Source: Fibrobacteria bacterium
GTDB lineage: Bacteria; Fibrobacterota; Fibrobacteria; UBA11236
NCBI GenBank assembly: GCA_043745805.1
Contig: JAYTSD010000006.1
Coordinates: forward strand, 32,001-96,000
Reading direction: 5' to 3'
DNA: 64,000 bases
Made by a program: the position numbers and the translations under genes
Part shown: piece by piece, positions 48,425 through 58,423 of the stretch
Position numbering within the stretch: position 1 is the stretch's first letter
Layout of the letters: each line of letters begins with the position of its first letter
The notes under the pieces: generated by a model
Told to the model about the DNA's origin: nothing
The model's input: the letters and a program-made list of their open reading frames with translations, nothing else
The model's database searches: none

Positions 48425-50317
48425 ATGCAATCACCTATTATTCCGGAATCCGCACCCTTTAATTTAGAACAACGTAGTTGGCTGAATGGATTTTTGGCGG
48501 GTTTACAAAATGTGCAAAACCTCAATGGTAATGCAGGATTTTCCTCACAAGAGAGTAGTATCGGACAGGGTACGAGTACCTCGAATGTTATGCGTCAACC
48601 TTTGCTTATTTTATTTGGTTCCCAAAGTGGAAATACTGAGGCTTTGGCTAATGTTATGGCCGATAAAATCAAAGCGGCCTCCTTTGCCGGTATTGCGGGT
48701 GGTCAAGCCTGGGATATTCGCATATTAGGCATGGAAAAATTCAAAGATATTATTTGGGAAAAAGAAAAAGCCATTTTGTTAATGTCAAGCACTTGGGGTG
48801 ACGGGGATATGCCCGATAATGCCATTGATTTTTGGAATTATATGGGTGGAACCGATTTGCCGAATTTAACCGCCTTACATTTTGCAGTATTAGGCTTGGG
48901 CGATAAAAACTATGCACGCTATTGCCAAGCCGGTAAAGAATGGGATAAGCGCTGGGCCGATATAGGGGCGCAACGCTTATTGCCTCTTACCGAATGCGAT
49001 ACCGATTATGAAGCTACTGCGGATACTTGGATTTTACAAGTTACCCAAGCTTTAGAGCCTTTATATGCGATGGGAATTAATACTGATAAAAAAACTAATA
49101 GTACAGCTACTTCCATTGCTTCGACATCAGCTACGGTATCCTTAAAAGGGGAGTCCGCTAAATCAGAAAGCGCGGAAATAAAGTTCGATAAAAAAAATCC
49201 TTTTCCGGCTCCCTTACTCGAGAATCATCCATTAAATGCCAAAGGTTCGGGTAAAGATACCCGTCACATTGCACTTTCCTTAATGGGTAGTGGATTAGAA
49301 TACAAAGTAGGCGATGCCTTAGGAGTTTGTCCCAATAACTGTTATGACTTAACCGATAAAATAATTATCGCACTCAATTGTATGGGTAATGAAAAGGTTA
49401 CACTAAACTCTGGTGAGTCGCTGACTTTAAGAGCCGCCTTGCTCTCCAAATTAGATTTACAAAAAACCTCCTTACCCTTAATTCATGGTTTAGCTAATTG
49501 CTCAGAAAATTCCTCGGAAAAAAAATCTTTGTCGGAATTATTAGGTTCTCAGGATTCCGAAAAAGCAGCGCAATTTTTACAAGGCAAAGATGTACTAAAT
49601 GTATTACAACTTTTCCCTCACACTAAATTGGATCCACAGTTATTAATTTCGGCTCTTGGCAAACTTGGGCCAAGGCTTTATTCAATTTCTTCTTCGCCCA
49701 AAGAAAATATTGATGAAGTGACTTTGACTATTGGCGTGGTGCGTAATATGGTGGAAAATCGTTTGCGCCGAGGTGTATGCTCTACGTTTTTGGCCGAACG
49801 CTTACCCTTAGGCATGACGGCTCCGGTATTTGTGCATAAATCCACTACTTTTGGTTTGCCAACTGAAAATGGTAAACCCATTATTATGGTGGGACCAGGA
49901 ACAGGCATAGCCCCCTTCCGTGCTTTCTTGCAAGAGAGACGTATCACGGGAGATACGGGTAAAAACTGGTTATTCTTTGGTGATCAAAAACGCAATTATG
50001 ATTTCTTATACGCCGAAGAATGTATTGCTTGGCAAGAAGAAGGTTTTTTAAATGAATTGGATTTGGCTTTCTCGCGCGATCAAGAAGAAAAAATTTATGT
50101 ACAAAGTTTAATGCTGCAAAAGTCCAAACAACTTTGGAATTGGTTAGAAGAGGGGGCTTACTTTTATGTCTGTGGCGATGCCAAGCGCATGGCTAAAGAT
50201 GTCGATCACGCTTTGCAAAGCGTGATTAGCAAAGAGGGCGGATTTTCGGAAGACAAAGCTAAAGAATATTTATCTAAGATGAAAGAACAAAAACGCTATC
50301 AGCGCGATGTTTATTAA
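48425..50317 (+). CDS. Diflavin NADPH reductase (CysJ / sulfite reductase alpha-like)
   Basis: Flavodoxin GSQSGNTE, STWGDGDMPDN; FAD RLYSISSS; NADPH GPGTGIAPFR, CGDAKRMAKDV, RYQRDVY. Confidence 0.9.
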   Translation: MQSPIIPESAPFNLEQRSWLNGFLAGLQNVQNLNGNAGFSSQESSIGQGTSTSNVMRQPLLILFGSQSGNTEALANVMADKIKAASFAGIAGGQAWDIRILGMEKFKDIIWEKEKAILLMSSTWGDGDMPDNAIDFWNYMGGTDLPNLTALHFAVLGLGDKNYARYCQAGKEWDKRWADIGAQRLLPLTECDTDYEATADTWILQVTQALEPLYAMGINTDKKTNSTATSIASTSATVSLKGESAKSESAEIKFDKKNPFPAPLLENHPLNAKGSGKDTRHIALSLMGSGLEYKVGDALGVCPNNCYDLTDKIIIALNCMGNEKVTLNSGESLTLRAALLSKLDLQKTSLPLIHGLANCSENSSEKKSLSELLGSQDSEKAAQFLQGKDVLNVLQLFPHTKLDPQLLISALGKLGPRLYSISSSPKENIDEVTLTIGVVRNMVENRLRRGVCSTFLAERLPLGMTAPVFVHKSTTFGLPTENGKPIIMVGPGTGIAPFRAFLQERRITGDTGKNWLFFGDQKRNYDFLYAEECIAWQEEGFLNELDLAFSRDQEEKIYVQSLMLQKSKQLWNWLEEGAYFYVCGDAKRMAKDVDHALQSVISKEGGFSEDKAKEYLSKMKEQKRYQRDVY

Positions 50318-50320
50318 TTC

Positions 50321-52048
50321 ATGAATGCCAAACCTTTACTTTCCCAGTTTGTTCCCGATGCCGAAGATTTAGTCGGATCGTATTTACAAGAACAAAAAAA
50401 TCTCACTGCTGTGGAACGCTTTTCCATAGCCCATGATAAAGGTTTGGATAAAGATTTAGTACATCCGGCTCAATCCAAATATTATTTGGATTTGTTACCG
50501 TTAGAAAAACCCAAACCCGGTGAGCAATATGCTTTTGAAGTTGATCTCGATCGCTGTTCGGGCTGTAAAGCCTGTGTTACGGCTTGCCATAATTTAAATG
50601 GCTTGGATGAAAATGAAACTTGGCGTTCTGTCGGATTAATTCATAATGTATATGGAAAGCCTCTGCAACAAACCGTAACTACCGCTTGCCATCATTGTAT
50701 TGAACCTGCTTGTGCACATGGCTGTCCGGTTAAGGCTTATGAAAAAGATCCTATTACTGGCATAGTTAAACATTTAGACGATCAATGTATCGGCTGTGAA
50801 TATTGCATTTTAAAATGCCCGTATGATGTACCTCAATATCATGAAGAAAAAGGCATTGTACGTAAATGTGATATGTGTGTTGGTCGCTTGGAAGTAGGCG
50901 AAGCGCCTGCTTGTGTACAGGCTTGCCCCACCAAAGCCATTCGCATTCAAATTGTCAATCAAGCTATTGTGCGTCAACAACCCGAAGCTTATGGAAACCT
51001 TCCTACTGCTCCCGATTCAACCTATACCCATCCGACCACGGTTTATAAATCCACAAGAGTATTTCCCGACAATATGCGCGCAGGCGATGCCTTTGTGGTG
51101 AAGCGCGAGAAGGCGCATTCGCCTTTGGCTTGGATGTTAGTACTTTCGCAAATGGCGGCAGGTCTTTTTGCTGGCCATTTATTATTACTTAAGTTTGCGC
51201 CACAAGTGTTAACTTCTGGGTTAACCTTGGCACTTTCGGGTTTGGGCTTTTTAATTATGGCGGTGGCAATTGTTGTCAGTGTTTTGCATTTGGGTCGCCC
51301 GCTCTATGCCTTTCGGGCCATTATTGGTTTTCGTCGCTCTTGGCTTTCGCGCGAGATTGTGGCTTTTGGATTAGTTTTGACTTTAGCCGGTTTTAACTTG
51401 CTCACCCTCATCTTACTGCAATTCATGCCTCAGTTTTTGTTTCAATTTTCACCCTTCAAGCTATTGCAAATTAAACAAATTTTGGAGTTAACTCGTGTGT
51501 TACTTACCATTGCAGGCGTGCTGGCGGTGTTTACTTCCGTGATGGTTTATTTTGATACGCCCAGAGTTTTATGGAAAACCCGCTTTACCTTTTTACGCTT
51601 TTATGCTACTGCAGGGTTATTAGGGGGAACATTACTAGCTCTGACGGTTTCTCTTTTTCATTTAGGTTTGGAAAATTCCAAAATAATTTTAGCCTCTCCC
51701 GCATTACATGTGGTGATGGGAATGGTTATAGTTTTGCAAATATTCAAACTGATTGGTGAAGCTGGTTTACAAAATCATGCCGATGACGAAAATCATTTGC
51801 CGCTAAAAAAAGCTTTGCACTTGATAAAGAGCGAATTGTCTTTCCATTGGAATGCGCGTCTTTATTGCGGAATTTTCGGTGGCTTATTATTACCTATTTG
51901 TTGGTTATATGGTGCGAATACATTTTCCTTAGTTGTGCAAATAGGAATTTTGACCTTAGCTTTCACATTACTTTTTTGCGGTGAATTTTTAGAACGGTCT
52001 CTCTTTTTTATGACTTGCGTACCTCCGCGTATGCCAGGAGTTGGATAA
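50321..52048 (+). CDS. Fusion of DmsB-like 4x[4Fe-4S] domain and DmsC/NrfD-like membrane anchor
   Basis: [41 protein letters not shown]...PACVQACP; then ~8 TM with HLGRP...RSWLSREI and [10 protein letters not shown]. Confidence 0.88.
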   Translation: MNAKPLLSQFVPDAEDLVGSYLQEQKNLTAVERFSIAHDKGLDKDLVHPAQSKYYLDLLPLEKPKPGEQYAFEVDLDRCSGCKACVTACHNLNGLDENETWRSVGLIHNVYGKPLQQTVTTACHHCIEPACAHGCPVKAYEKDPITGIVKHLDDQCIGCEYCILKCPYDVPQYHEEKGIVRKCDMCVGRLEVGEAPACVQACPTKAIRIQIVNQAIVRQQPEAYGNLPTAPDSTYTHPTTVYKSTRVFPDNMRAGDAFVVKREKAHSPLAWMLVLSQMAAGLFAGHLLLLKFAPQVLTSGLTLALSGLGFLIMAVAIVVSVLHLGRPLYAFRAIIGFRRSWLSREIVAFGLVLTLAGFNLLTLILLQFMPQFLFQFSPFKLLQIKQILELTRVLLTIAGVLAVFTSVMVYFDTPRVLWKTRFTFLRFYATAGLLGGTLLALTVSLFHLGLENSKIILASPALHVVMGMVIVLQIFKLIGEAGLQNHADDENHLPLKKALHLIKSELSFHWNARLYCGIFGGLLLPICWLYGANTFSLVVQIGILTLAFTLLFCGEFLERSLFFMTCVPPRMPGVG

Positions 52049-54252
52049 TGGACACAGTAAAAACCTCTCTTCTATCCTCGATATTCAGACAGCGAGAAGG
52101 CAAGCTTACGCGCGATTTGGTACGCACACCCGGAAAATTTGGCCTAGGACAAACACCCACCCGCCTGCAACCTACTAGCGTAACGTCTATGGTATGTGGT
52201 TATTGTTCCACCGGCTGCGGTTTAAATATTCATTTAAAAAACAATCAGGCAATCAATTTAACTCCCGATGCGAATTATCCCGTAAACCTAGGTATGGCTT
52301 GCCCCAAAGGCTGGGAGGCTTTGACTCCATTGGTCGCCGACGATAGAGCCTTAACGCCTTTGTTACGTAACGCACAAGGAACTTTAGCGGACGCGACTTG
52401 GGACGATGCCTTAAAAGCCTTTACGTCCAATTTCAAACGCATTATTGCGGAACATGGTCCTGAAGCCGTCGCTTTTTTAAGCACCGGACAAATTCCTACC
52501 GAAGAAATGTTTATGCTCGGTACAATTGCAAAATTCGGCATGGGTTTTATACATGGCGATGCTAATACACGTCAATGCATGGCCACTTCGCATGTGGCTT
52601 ATAAACAAGCCTTTGGTTTTGATGCCCCGCCTTTTTCATATCAAGATTTTGAAGAAAGCGATACCTTGGTTTTTGTGGGTGCTAATCCTTGCATCGCCCA
52701 CCCCATCATGTGGGAGCGAGTCTGCATGAACCCAAATCACCCTAATATTATAGTAGTGGATCCACGCCAAACTGAAACCGCCTTGGCAGCTACGCATCAT
52801 TATGCTTTACAACCGAAATCGGATCTTACCTTGCTTTATGGGTTAGCGCATATTTTGATTCGTAATGATTGGATTGATAAAACTTATATCGCCGATCATG
52901 TGAATGACTTTGATGCTTTCAAAAATCATGTCGCGGAATTTACGCCACAAATGGTCAGTTATAAAACCGGCTTAAGTGAAGAACAAATTTATGAATTTGT
53001 AGATCTCATTCGTTTAAGCAAGCGCGTTTCTTTTTGGTGGACTATGGGCGTGAATCAAAGTCATGAAGGTGTGCGTGCTGCGCAAGCCATTATTAATTTG
53101 GCTTTGATCACGGGGAATATGGGACGGCCTGGCACAGGGGCCAATTCTATTACGGGGCAAGTCAATGCCATGGGTTCGCGTTTGTATAGTAATACCACAT
53201 CATTAGTCGGTGGACATGATTTTTTAAATGCCGAACATCGACAAAAAATTGCCACTCTTATGGATATGGATGTGAATTTAATTCCCCAAAAAAACACTTT
53301 GGCTTATGATCAAATCATAGAGAAGGTTCGCACAGGCGAAATTAAAGGACTGTGGGTTATCGCCACCAATCCCGTGCATTCATGGGTGGATCAAAATAAT
53401 TTGCGTAAAGCCTTTGCTAATCTCGAATTTTTAGCGGTGCAAGATATGTATACCACTAGTGATACAGCGAAATTAGCGCATGTAGTTTTTCCCGCTGCTG
53501 GCTGGGGTGAAAAAGAAGGTTCAGTAATTAATTCGGAACGCCGCATCGGTTTATTTAAAAAGGTGAGCGCGGCTCCCGGACAGGCCTTAGCAGATTTTTA
53601 CATCTTTAAACTTTTGGCAAAATATTGGGGTTGCGATAAACTTTTTGCAAACTATACTAAGCCGGAAGATGCTTTTCAAATGATGAAAAAAATATCCGCG
53701 GCGCAACCTTGCGACATTACCGGTATTGAAGATTATCAGCATATTGATAAACAGGGTGGCATTCAATGGCCTTATCCTTTAGGCAAAGAACCGAAGGAAA
53801 AACAAAGACGACTTTTTGAAAACGGAAAATATTATCATGCCGATGGGAAGGCCAAATTACTTTTCGATCCAATCAAACCCTTACCCGAAGAGGTAACTCC
53901 CGAGTTTCCCTTTGCCTTGCTTACCGGTCGCGCTAGTTCGGCTCAGTGGCATACCAATACGCGCACGGCTAAATCTGCGGTCTTACGAAAACTTTATGTA
54001 CAAAATTGTTATGTGGAAATTCATCCTGAAGATGCCAAAGAATTAGGTGTTAACTCCGGCGATACGGTGAATGTAAGCTCGAAACGCGGCTCGATAGAAG
54101 CCAAGGTTTTTGTGGCCTCTACGATGCAAAGAGGGCAAGTTTATATTCCCATGCATTATGATGGACTCAATCAATTAACTTTTCCTGCTTTTGATGCATA
54201 TTCACGGCAACCCTCGTATAAGCACTGTGCGGTGAGGGTGGATAAGGTTTAA
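52048..54252 (+). CDS. Molybdopterin oxidoreductase, assimilatory nitrate reductase catalytic subunit (NasA/NarB-like), no Tat signal
   Basis: CGYCSTGC...CPKG [4Fe-4S], [56 protein letters not shown] in TAATG overlap. Confidence 0.85.
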   Translation: MDTVKTSLLSSIFRQREGKLTRDLVRTPGKFGLGQTPTRLQPTSVTSMVCGYCSTGCGLNIHLKNNQAINLTPDANYPVNLGMACPKGWEALTPLVADDRALTPLLRNAQGTLADATWDDALKAFTSNFKRIIAEHGPEAVAFLSTGQIPTEEMFMLGTIAKFGMGFIHGDANTRQCMATSHVAYKQAFGFDAPPFSYQDFEESDTLVFVGANPCIAHPIMWERVCMNPNHPNIIVVDPRQTETALAATHHYALQPKSDLTLLYGLAHILIRNDWIDKTYIADHVNDFDAFKNHVAEFTPQMVSYKTGLSEEQIYEFVDLIRLSKRVSFWWTMGVNQSHEGVRAAQAIINLALITGNMGRPGTGANSITGQVNAMGSRLYSNTTSLVGGHDFLNAEHRQKIATLMDMDVNLIPQKNTLAYDQIIEKVRTGEIKGLWVIATNPVHSWVDQNNLRKAFANLEFLAVQDMYTTSDTAKLAHVVFPAAGWGEKEGSVINSERRIGLFKKVSAAPGQALADFYIFKLLAKYWGCDKLFANYTKPEDAFQMMKKISAAQPCDITGIEDYQHIDKQGGIQWPYPLGKEPKEKQRRLFENGKYYHADGKAKLLFDPIKPLPEEVTPEFPFALLTGRASSAQWHTNTRTAKSAVLRKLYVQNCYVEIHPEDAKELGVNSGDTVNVSSKRGSIEAKVFVASTMQRGQVYIPMHYDGLNQLTFPAFDAYSRQPSYKHCAVRVDKV

Positions 54253-54297
54253 TCTCAAAAACCTCATACAATAGCCTATTTCAGCTTTAAAATCAGC

Positions 54298-54326
54298 TTG
54301 CTTTTAGGTATAACAAAAGTTATACT
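54298..54326 (+). promoter_or_regulatory. Sigma-70-type promoter with overlapping palindromic TA operator
   Basis: TTGCTT-17 nt-TATACT; GTATAAC-AAAA-GTTATAC at 54308-54325; ATG 7 nt after the -10 element (likely leaderless). Confidence 0.7.
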
Positions 54327-54332
54327 TTTACC

Positions 54333-54569
54333 ATGAAAACGGCAATATCCATTCCTGATAAAATTTACCATAATGCGGACCTTGTTGCCGAGCGTTTAGG
54401 CGTCTCGCGTAGTGAATTATATGTAACAGCTTTACAAGAATTTCTATTGCAACACTCTTCTGATAAAGTGACTGAAAAATTAAATGAAGTTTATCAAGCC
54501 ATTGGGAGCAAACTGGATTCTTCATTAAAAACCATGCAATTTAAATCATTGCCTAGAGAAAAATGGTAA
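54333..54569 (+). CDS. RHH antitoxin (ChpI/MazE-like)
   Basis: MKTAISIPD...AERLGVSRSELY..AL; overlaps the downstream toxin. Confidence 0.85.
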   Translation: MKTAISIPDKIYHNADLVAERLGVSRSELYVTALQEFLLQHSSDKVTEKLNEVYQAIGSKLDSSLKTMQFKSLPREKW

Positions 54570-54913
54570 TTAAGCGCGGTGAAATTTGGTGGGCGGATTT
54601 ACCCGATCCGATTGGATCTGAGCCAGGTTATGCACGACCAGTACTAATTATACAATCTGATGAATTTAATCGTAGCGTCATTGATACCATTATTGTTGCT
54701 GCCTTAACCAGTAATTTAAAACTTGCTCGTGCTCCAGGTAACGTAGAAGTTTCTGCAAAAAAAACCGGATTATCTAAAAACTCAATTATTAATATCTCGC
54801 AACTTTTAACGCTGGATAAAACATTTTTAACGAAAAAAGTTAGAGCCTTAGATAAGGAAAGTTTTGTGCAGGTTGAAGATGGTTTACGTTTGGTATTGGG
54901 ATTAATGTATTAA
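54563..54913 (+). CDS. mazF: PemK/MazF family endoribonuclease toxin
   Basis: RGEIWWADL, GSEPGYARPVLIIQSD.FN, ALTSN, GNV, SQLLTLDK. Confidence 0.9.
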   Translation: MVIKRGEIWWADLPDPIGSEPGYARPVLIIQSDEFNRSVIDTIIVAALTSNLKLARAPGNVEVSAKKTGLSKNSIINISQLLTLDKTFLTKKVRALDKESFVQVEDGLRLVLGLMY

Positions 54914-55657
54914 ACTTGCAGCCTTCCTAGCCACTCCTATATAAGATAACAGTAGCGAGGGTGTAAATTTAAACGTAAAATCCTCCGGTACAATTCCTGT
55001 TCGCAGCATTTCCCAAAAAGCTTTTTTCTGGAAGTCGGGACGTAACCCTAAAATTTCCTCTACCTGCATTTCATTCTGCAAACAATATTTTTTCATTTCC
55101 TTAGGCTTTATAAAGAGAGGAAGTATATGCATATGCTTGGGCGTGTTTTTTACAAACCATTCCAAGCCTTTGATAATAATCAGCCAAGCCAAAAAATTGC
55201 GATTAAAAGTATGAAAGAAAAACAATCCTCGCGGCTTAAGCAAGCGTGCAGCTTCAGCTACAATCAATGTAGGGTATTCCACATGCTCCAAAAAATCCAT
55301 CGCAGATACGAAGTCGAAAGAGGAATCACGATAGGGCAAATGATAGGCATCGGCCTGTTGATAGGTAATATTTATTTCGCTGATTTGTGTATTAGCCAAT
55401 TTCAAAGTGGACAATGAAAAATCACAACCGATAGATTTAATATTTTGTTTAGCCAACTCTCTTGACAAAAAGCCTGCTCCGCAGCCTATGTCCAACACCA
55501 AAGGTGACGAGTTAAAATTTTCGGCTTTAATTTTTTCAATGATCCAGGCCTGTTTTAATTTTCCTTCAGCCCGTAATAAAGCCACGGGATCATTTTGGGC
55601 ATTTAACCAGCGAACGCCAAGCGAATCATAAAAACTATTGTTGATTTTTGCGGACAC
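54902..55657 (-). CDS. UbiG-like SAM O-methyltransferase
   Basis: INNSFY..LG.RW, LDIGCGAGFLS, MDFLEHV, FFHTFNRN, FIKPKE. Confidence 0.82.
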   Translation of the reverse strand: MSAKINNSFYDSLGVRWLNAQNDPVALLRAEGKLKQAWIIEKIKAENFNSSPLVLDIGCGAGFLSRELAKQNIKSIGCDFSLSTLKLANTQISEINITYQQADAYHLPYRDSSFDFVSAMDFLEHVEYPTLIVAEAARLLKPRGLFFFHTFNRNFLAWLIIIKGLEWFVKNTPKHMHILPLFIKPKEMKKYCLQNEMQVEEILGLRPDFQKKAFWEMLRTGIVPEDFTFKFTPSLLLSYIGVARKAASLIH

Positions 55658-56123
55658 GAGTTTTCCAAAAATTCCAATATCCTATTTGATAAAGTAAAAA
55701 TAGGCTTCCTAAAATTATTTGTGTTTGCAGAAAGGCGTAAAGAATATTTTTTTGGGCAAGAGAAAAAATATTTGCATACTGTACAAGTCCGGCCAAAACT
55801 AGTTGCATCACGTGTAGGGAATATAAAACACCATGCAATTGCTTTTCACCTTGGTTACAAAAGCGTGCATGGATGTGCATATCTTTGAATACAAAAATTA
55901 TGGAAAAAATTGCTGCGGTCCAATAAAATCCTGAGTGTTGAGGGCCTGAGTCAAGAAGGATAAAAGCCAAACAAAATAAATAAGTTACCGTATCCGCAGG
56001 GTGACCTAAGCGTTCCCATGTAGGCAAATGGCGCTGATGATGAAAATGAAACTCATCCCAAGCCATAGCCACATTATGTAAAAGAAATGGTAACAGTATC
56101 CAATAGGTATAGAAAAAACTCAT
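55635..56123 (-). CDS. Small His-rich membrane protein
   Basis: About 4 TM; DEFHFHHQR.LP.WER.GHP.D, KDMHIH, EKQLH; in operon with type III PKS. Confidence 0.65.
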   Translation of the reverse strand: MSFFYTYWILLPFLLHNVAMAWDEFHFHHQRHLPTWERLGHPADTVTYLFCLAFILLDSGPQHSGFYWTAAIFSIIFVFKDMHIHARFCNQGEKQLHGVLYSLHVMQLVLAGLVQYANIFSLAQKNILYAFLQTQIILGSLFLLYQIGYWNFWKTRVRKNQQ

Positions 56124-56134
56124 TCTACATTAAA

Positions 56135-57271
56135 TTAATATTTGCGTAACAAGCAACCATATACCGTTAAGCCTGGTCCAAAGGCTAAGCTCACAATAGG
56201 CGTTCCTGAAGGGATGGACGAATCTTCAGCAATTAATTGCCAAACATGTGGTAGTGTTGCGGAAGACATATTGCCATATTGAAATAATACAGCCTTACTG
56301 GCAGAGACTTGTTCGGGTTTTAAATTTAAGGTTTCGGCGACTTTGTCGATGATTCTTGGACCGCCGGGATGAATAGCAAATAAGGCACGAGCTAAAAGCT
56401 CTTTGGGCAATGCAGACTGTGCCCACAAATTATTTACAAAAGCTTCAATGGTTTTAGCAATAATATCCGGCACTTCGCGGGATAAGAGCATTTCAAAACC
56501 CGCAGCACCTAGGCCCCAGCCAATTGCGGAAATGGAATTGGGAATAATTTCCTCCGATAAGGCCAATATTTCTAAAGATTGTGCGCTAGGCTGCGCATGC
56601 AAAGAATATTTGATGAAGCCATCGGCAAAAAGACTTTGTACCACCAATTGTTCCGGCGTATGCAAGCTAGGGTTTAAATGTAATGTGCAAAGTTCCGTAT
56701 GCACAATATCAATATGCGGCTCCGTGGTGGAGAGTAAGCCTACACCCATTCGAATGGCTGGCATAGAGGCATAGCAACCCATGTGATAGGCATGCAATAC
56801 GCCCGTAATTGCTCCCCAACCGCGTTGCATTACAGTTTTTTGCACCGCGCTGGGCGAAACATATCCGGTACAGGTAACATGAATGATACGATTAACTGGC
56901 GAGGCATTGTCGGGATAAAATTTTTGCAAAATATCTTCGGTTACTTCTGCAAAAACTTGCATACGTTGCGCCATATCCATGCCCGTAGCATTTTCACGCA
57001 AACGGAAAATCCGCATTTCATCCCAATTCGTATGTAAAAAATCATCTAGGTCGGCGCCACGACTGCCTAAGGCTAAAGGATTGGGACCAAAGCGCGCAAT
57101 GTAGCGGCGCATTTTCTTAAGAAACTCTTCACGATCGAACGTTACGCCTTGCAAGCGGGTTTCTTCAGCTTGAGTATGAGCTTGCGCTAGCCATTCTGCA
57201 CATTGTGCATAATCGCCTTCATGTTGTGGGCGTAGTCTATGAAAGCCGGAGAGGTAGGTAGATGTTTGCAT
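56135..57271 (-). CDS. Type III polyketide synthase (chalcone synthase-like)
   Basis: HVTCTGY, HMGCYA (Cys), ELCTLH, SLFADG, AIHPGG (His), GNMSSAT (Asn), AFGPGLT. Confidence 0.92.
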   Translation of the reverse strand: MQTSTYLSGFHRLRPQHEGDYAQCAEWLAQAHTQAEETRLQGVTFDREEFLKKMRRYIARFGPNPLALGSRGADLDDFLHTNWDEMRIFRLRENATGMDMAQRMQVFAEVTEDILQKFYPDNASPVNRIIHVTCTGYVSPSAVQKTVMQRGWGAITGVLHAYHMGCYASMPAIRMGVGLLSTTEPHIDIVHTELCTLHLNPSLHTPEQLVVQSLFADGFIKYSLHAQPSAQSLEILALSEEIIPNSISAIGWGLGAAGFEMLLSREVPDIIAKTIEAFVNNLWAQSALPKELLARALFAIHPGGPRIIDKVAETLNLKPEQVSASKAVLFQYGNMSSATLPHVWQLIAEDSSIPSGTPIVSLAFGPGLTVYGCLLRKY

Positions 57272-57360
57272 ATGAAGTAAGATACTTTTCTACACGCTAA
57301 ATAAAAAGAAAATTAAGAGTGTAGTAAAAGAAAAAGGCCTTGCTAAAAAAAGCGAAGCTT

Positions 57361-58329
57361 TTAATTTTTGCGCGAGTAGAAAAATTTGCCTATCAGTTTA
57401 TTTTCTTGTTGAAGAAAATAAATACCGGAAGAGGCATTCATCTGAGCGGAGTTTTTTCCATTCCAAGCATACGTATAACCGATAGGATAAAGCATACTCA
57501 CCTTATGTCCAAATATATCGAGCAATACCAGAGGCGCTAAGGATTTTTGATTTTCAGCTAAACGAATATTAATGAACTCACCAGATTGTGCAGCGGAGAA
57601 ATTATTTGCATGAAGTGATTTGAATGAATTTGCATGGTTGTGAATAGAAACCGCTGGAGTGGGTAGCGTATCGAATTCGGCTTTGATCAATTGATATTTA
57701 ATTTGACCCTTGACATTTGCATTAAAAACTCGGCTATCCCAAGCGCCCTTTAATAAACCCATTAAAGAAGCAGAATCGGGGCTGGTAATAATGTAGGACA
57801 AGTAAGAACCACTTTCCGAAGTTAAGCCACTAGTGGGATTAGTAGTAATGGTTTTTAATGTGGTGGTACCTTGCCATCGCGTAAAATACTTTGATCCCGA
57901 GTCCCGTCCGATGATTTCATCACTCGTTAAATTGCCGCTAGGTGTATGGGTTAAGCGAAACCAAAATTCATAATGCGTATCGGCCAAGCGCATGACGCTT
58001 CCATCATTTAAAACCACCTTTACGCCGGGATCCAATACGGTTTTTAAAACATCATGTTTTAGGCGCATTTTGTAATAAACATTTTTTTGAGTTTCGGAGC
58101 ATGCTCCCTCCCAATTACTTAAAATTTGATAGTTGATACTATCGGATAGCAATGCCATATTGCTTAAATCGGAGTTTAATAACTTACTTTCATCTAAAAC
58201 GGGAGTGTTGTGATCCGTTCCGGTTAAAATCATTTGCTTGGCAGTTTGTAGATTAAAAGTTTTGTCGCATAGAAAAGCAGCACCCCATTGGGTAAACGTT
58301 AAAACGATTAAAAGGGATACTAATTTCAT
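57361..58329 (-). CDS. Secreted hypothetical protein with FlgD/T9SS-like C-terminal domain
   Basis: Signal peptide; C-terminus LLDIFGHKV...AWNGKN...SSGIYFL. Confidence 0.65.
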   Translation of the reverse strand: MKLVSLLIVLTFTQWGAAFLCDKTFNLQTAKQMILTGTDHNTPVLDESKLLNSDLSNMALLSDSINYQILSNWEGACSETQKNVYYKMRLKHDVLKTVLDPGVKVVLNDGSVMRLADTHYEFWFRLTHTPSGNLTSDEIIGRDSGSKYFTRWQGTTTLKTITTNPTSGLTSESGSYLSYIITSPDSASLMGLLKGAWDSRVFNANVKGQIKYQLIKAEFDTLPTPAVSIHNHANSFKSLHANNFSAAQSGEFINIRLAENQKSLAPLVLLDIFGHKVSMLYPIGYTYAWNGKNSAQMNASSGIYFLQQENKLIGKFFYSRKN

Positions 58330-58423
58330 AATGCCTCTTTGTCCGGGAAATACTCCACAGTTAATTTAAGTCGAGGTGGAATAAAAGCAATGCATTTTAC
58401 AGAGATTTTGTAGATTCTTCGGG

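Noticed and set aside
46533-50317. Sulfite reductase CysIJ for sulfate assimilation
   Set aside because: Context is entirely nitrate-related (nrtABC, narK, nitrate reductase) with no cysH/cysD/cysN; the hemoprotein looks NirA-like
50321-54252. Periplasmic DMSO reductase or Nap respiratory system
   Set aside because: The catalytic subunit has no twin-arginine leader and carries NasA/NarB-type motifs; no napBC or dmsD chaperone
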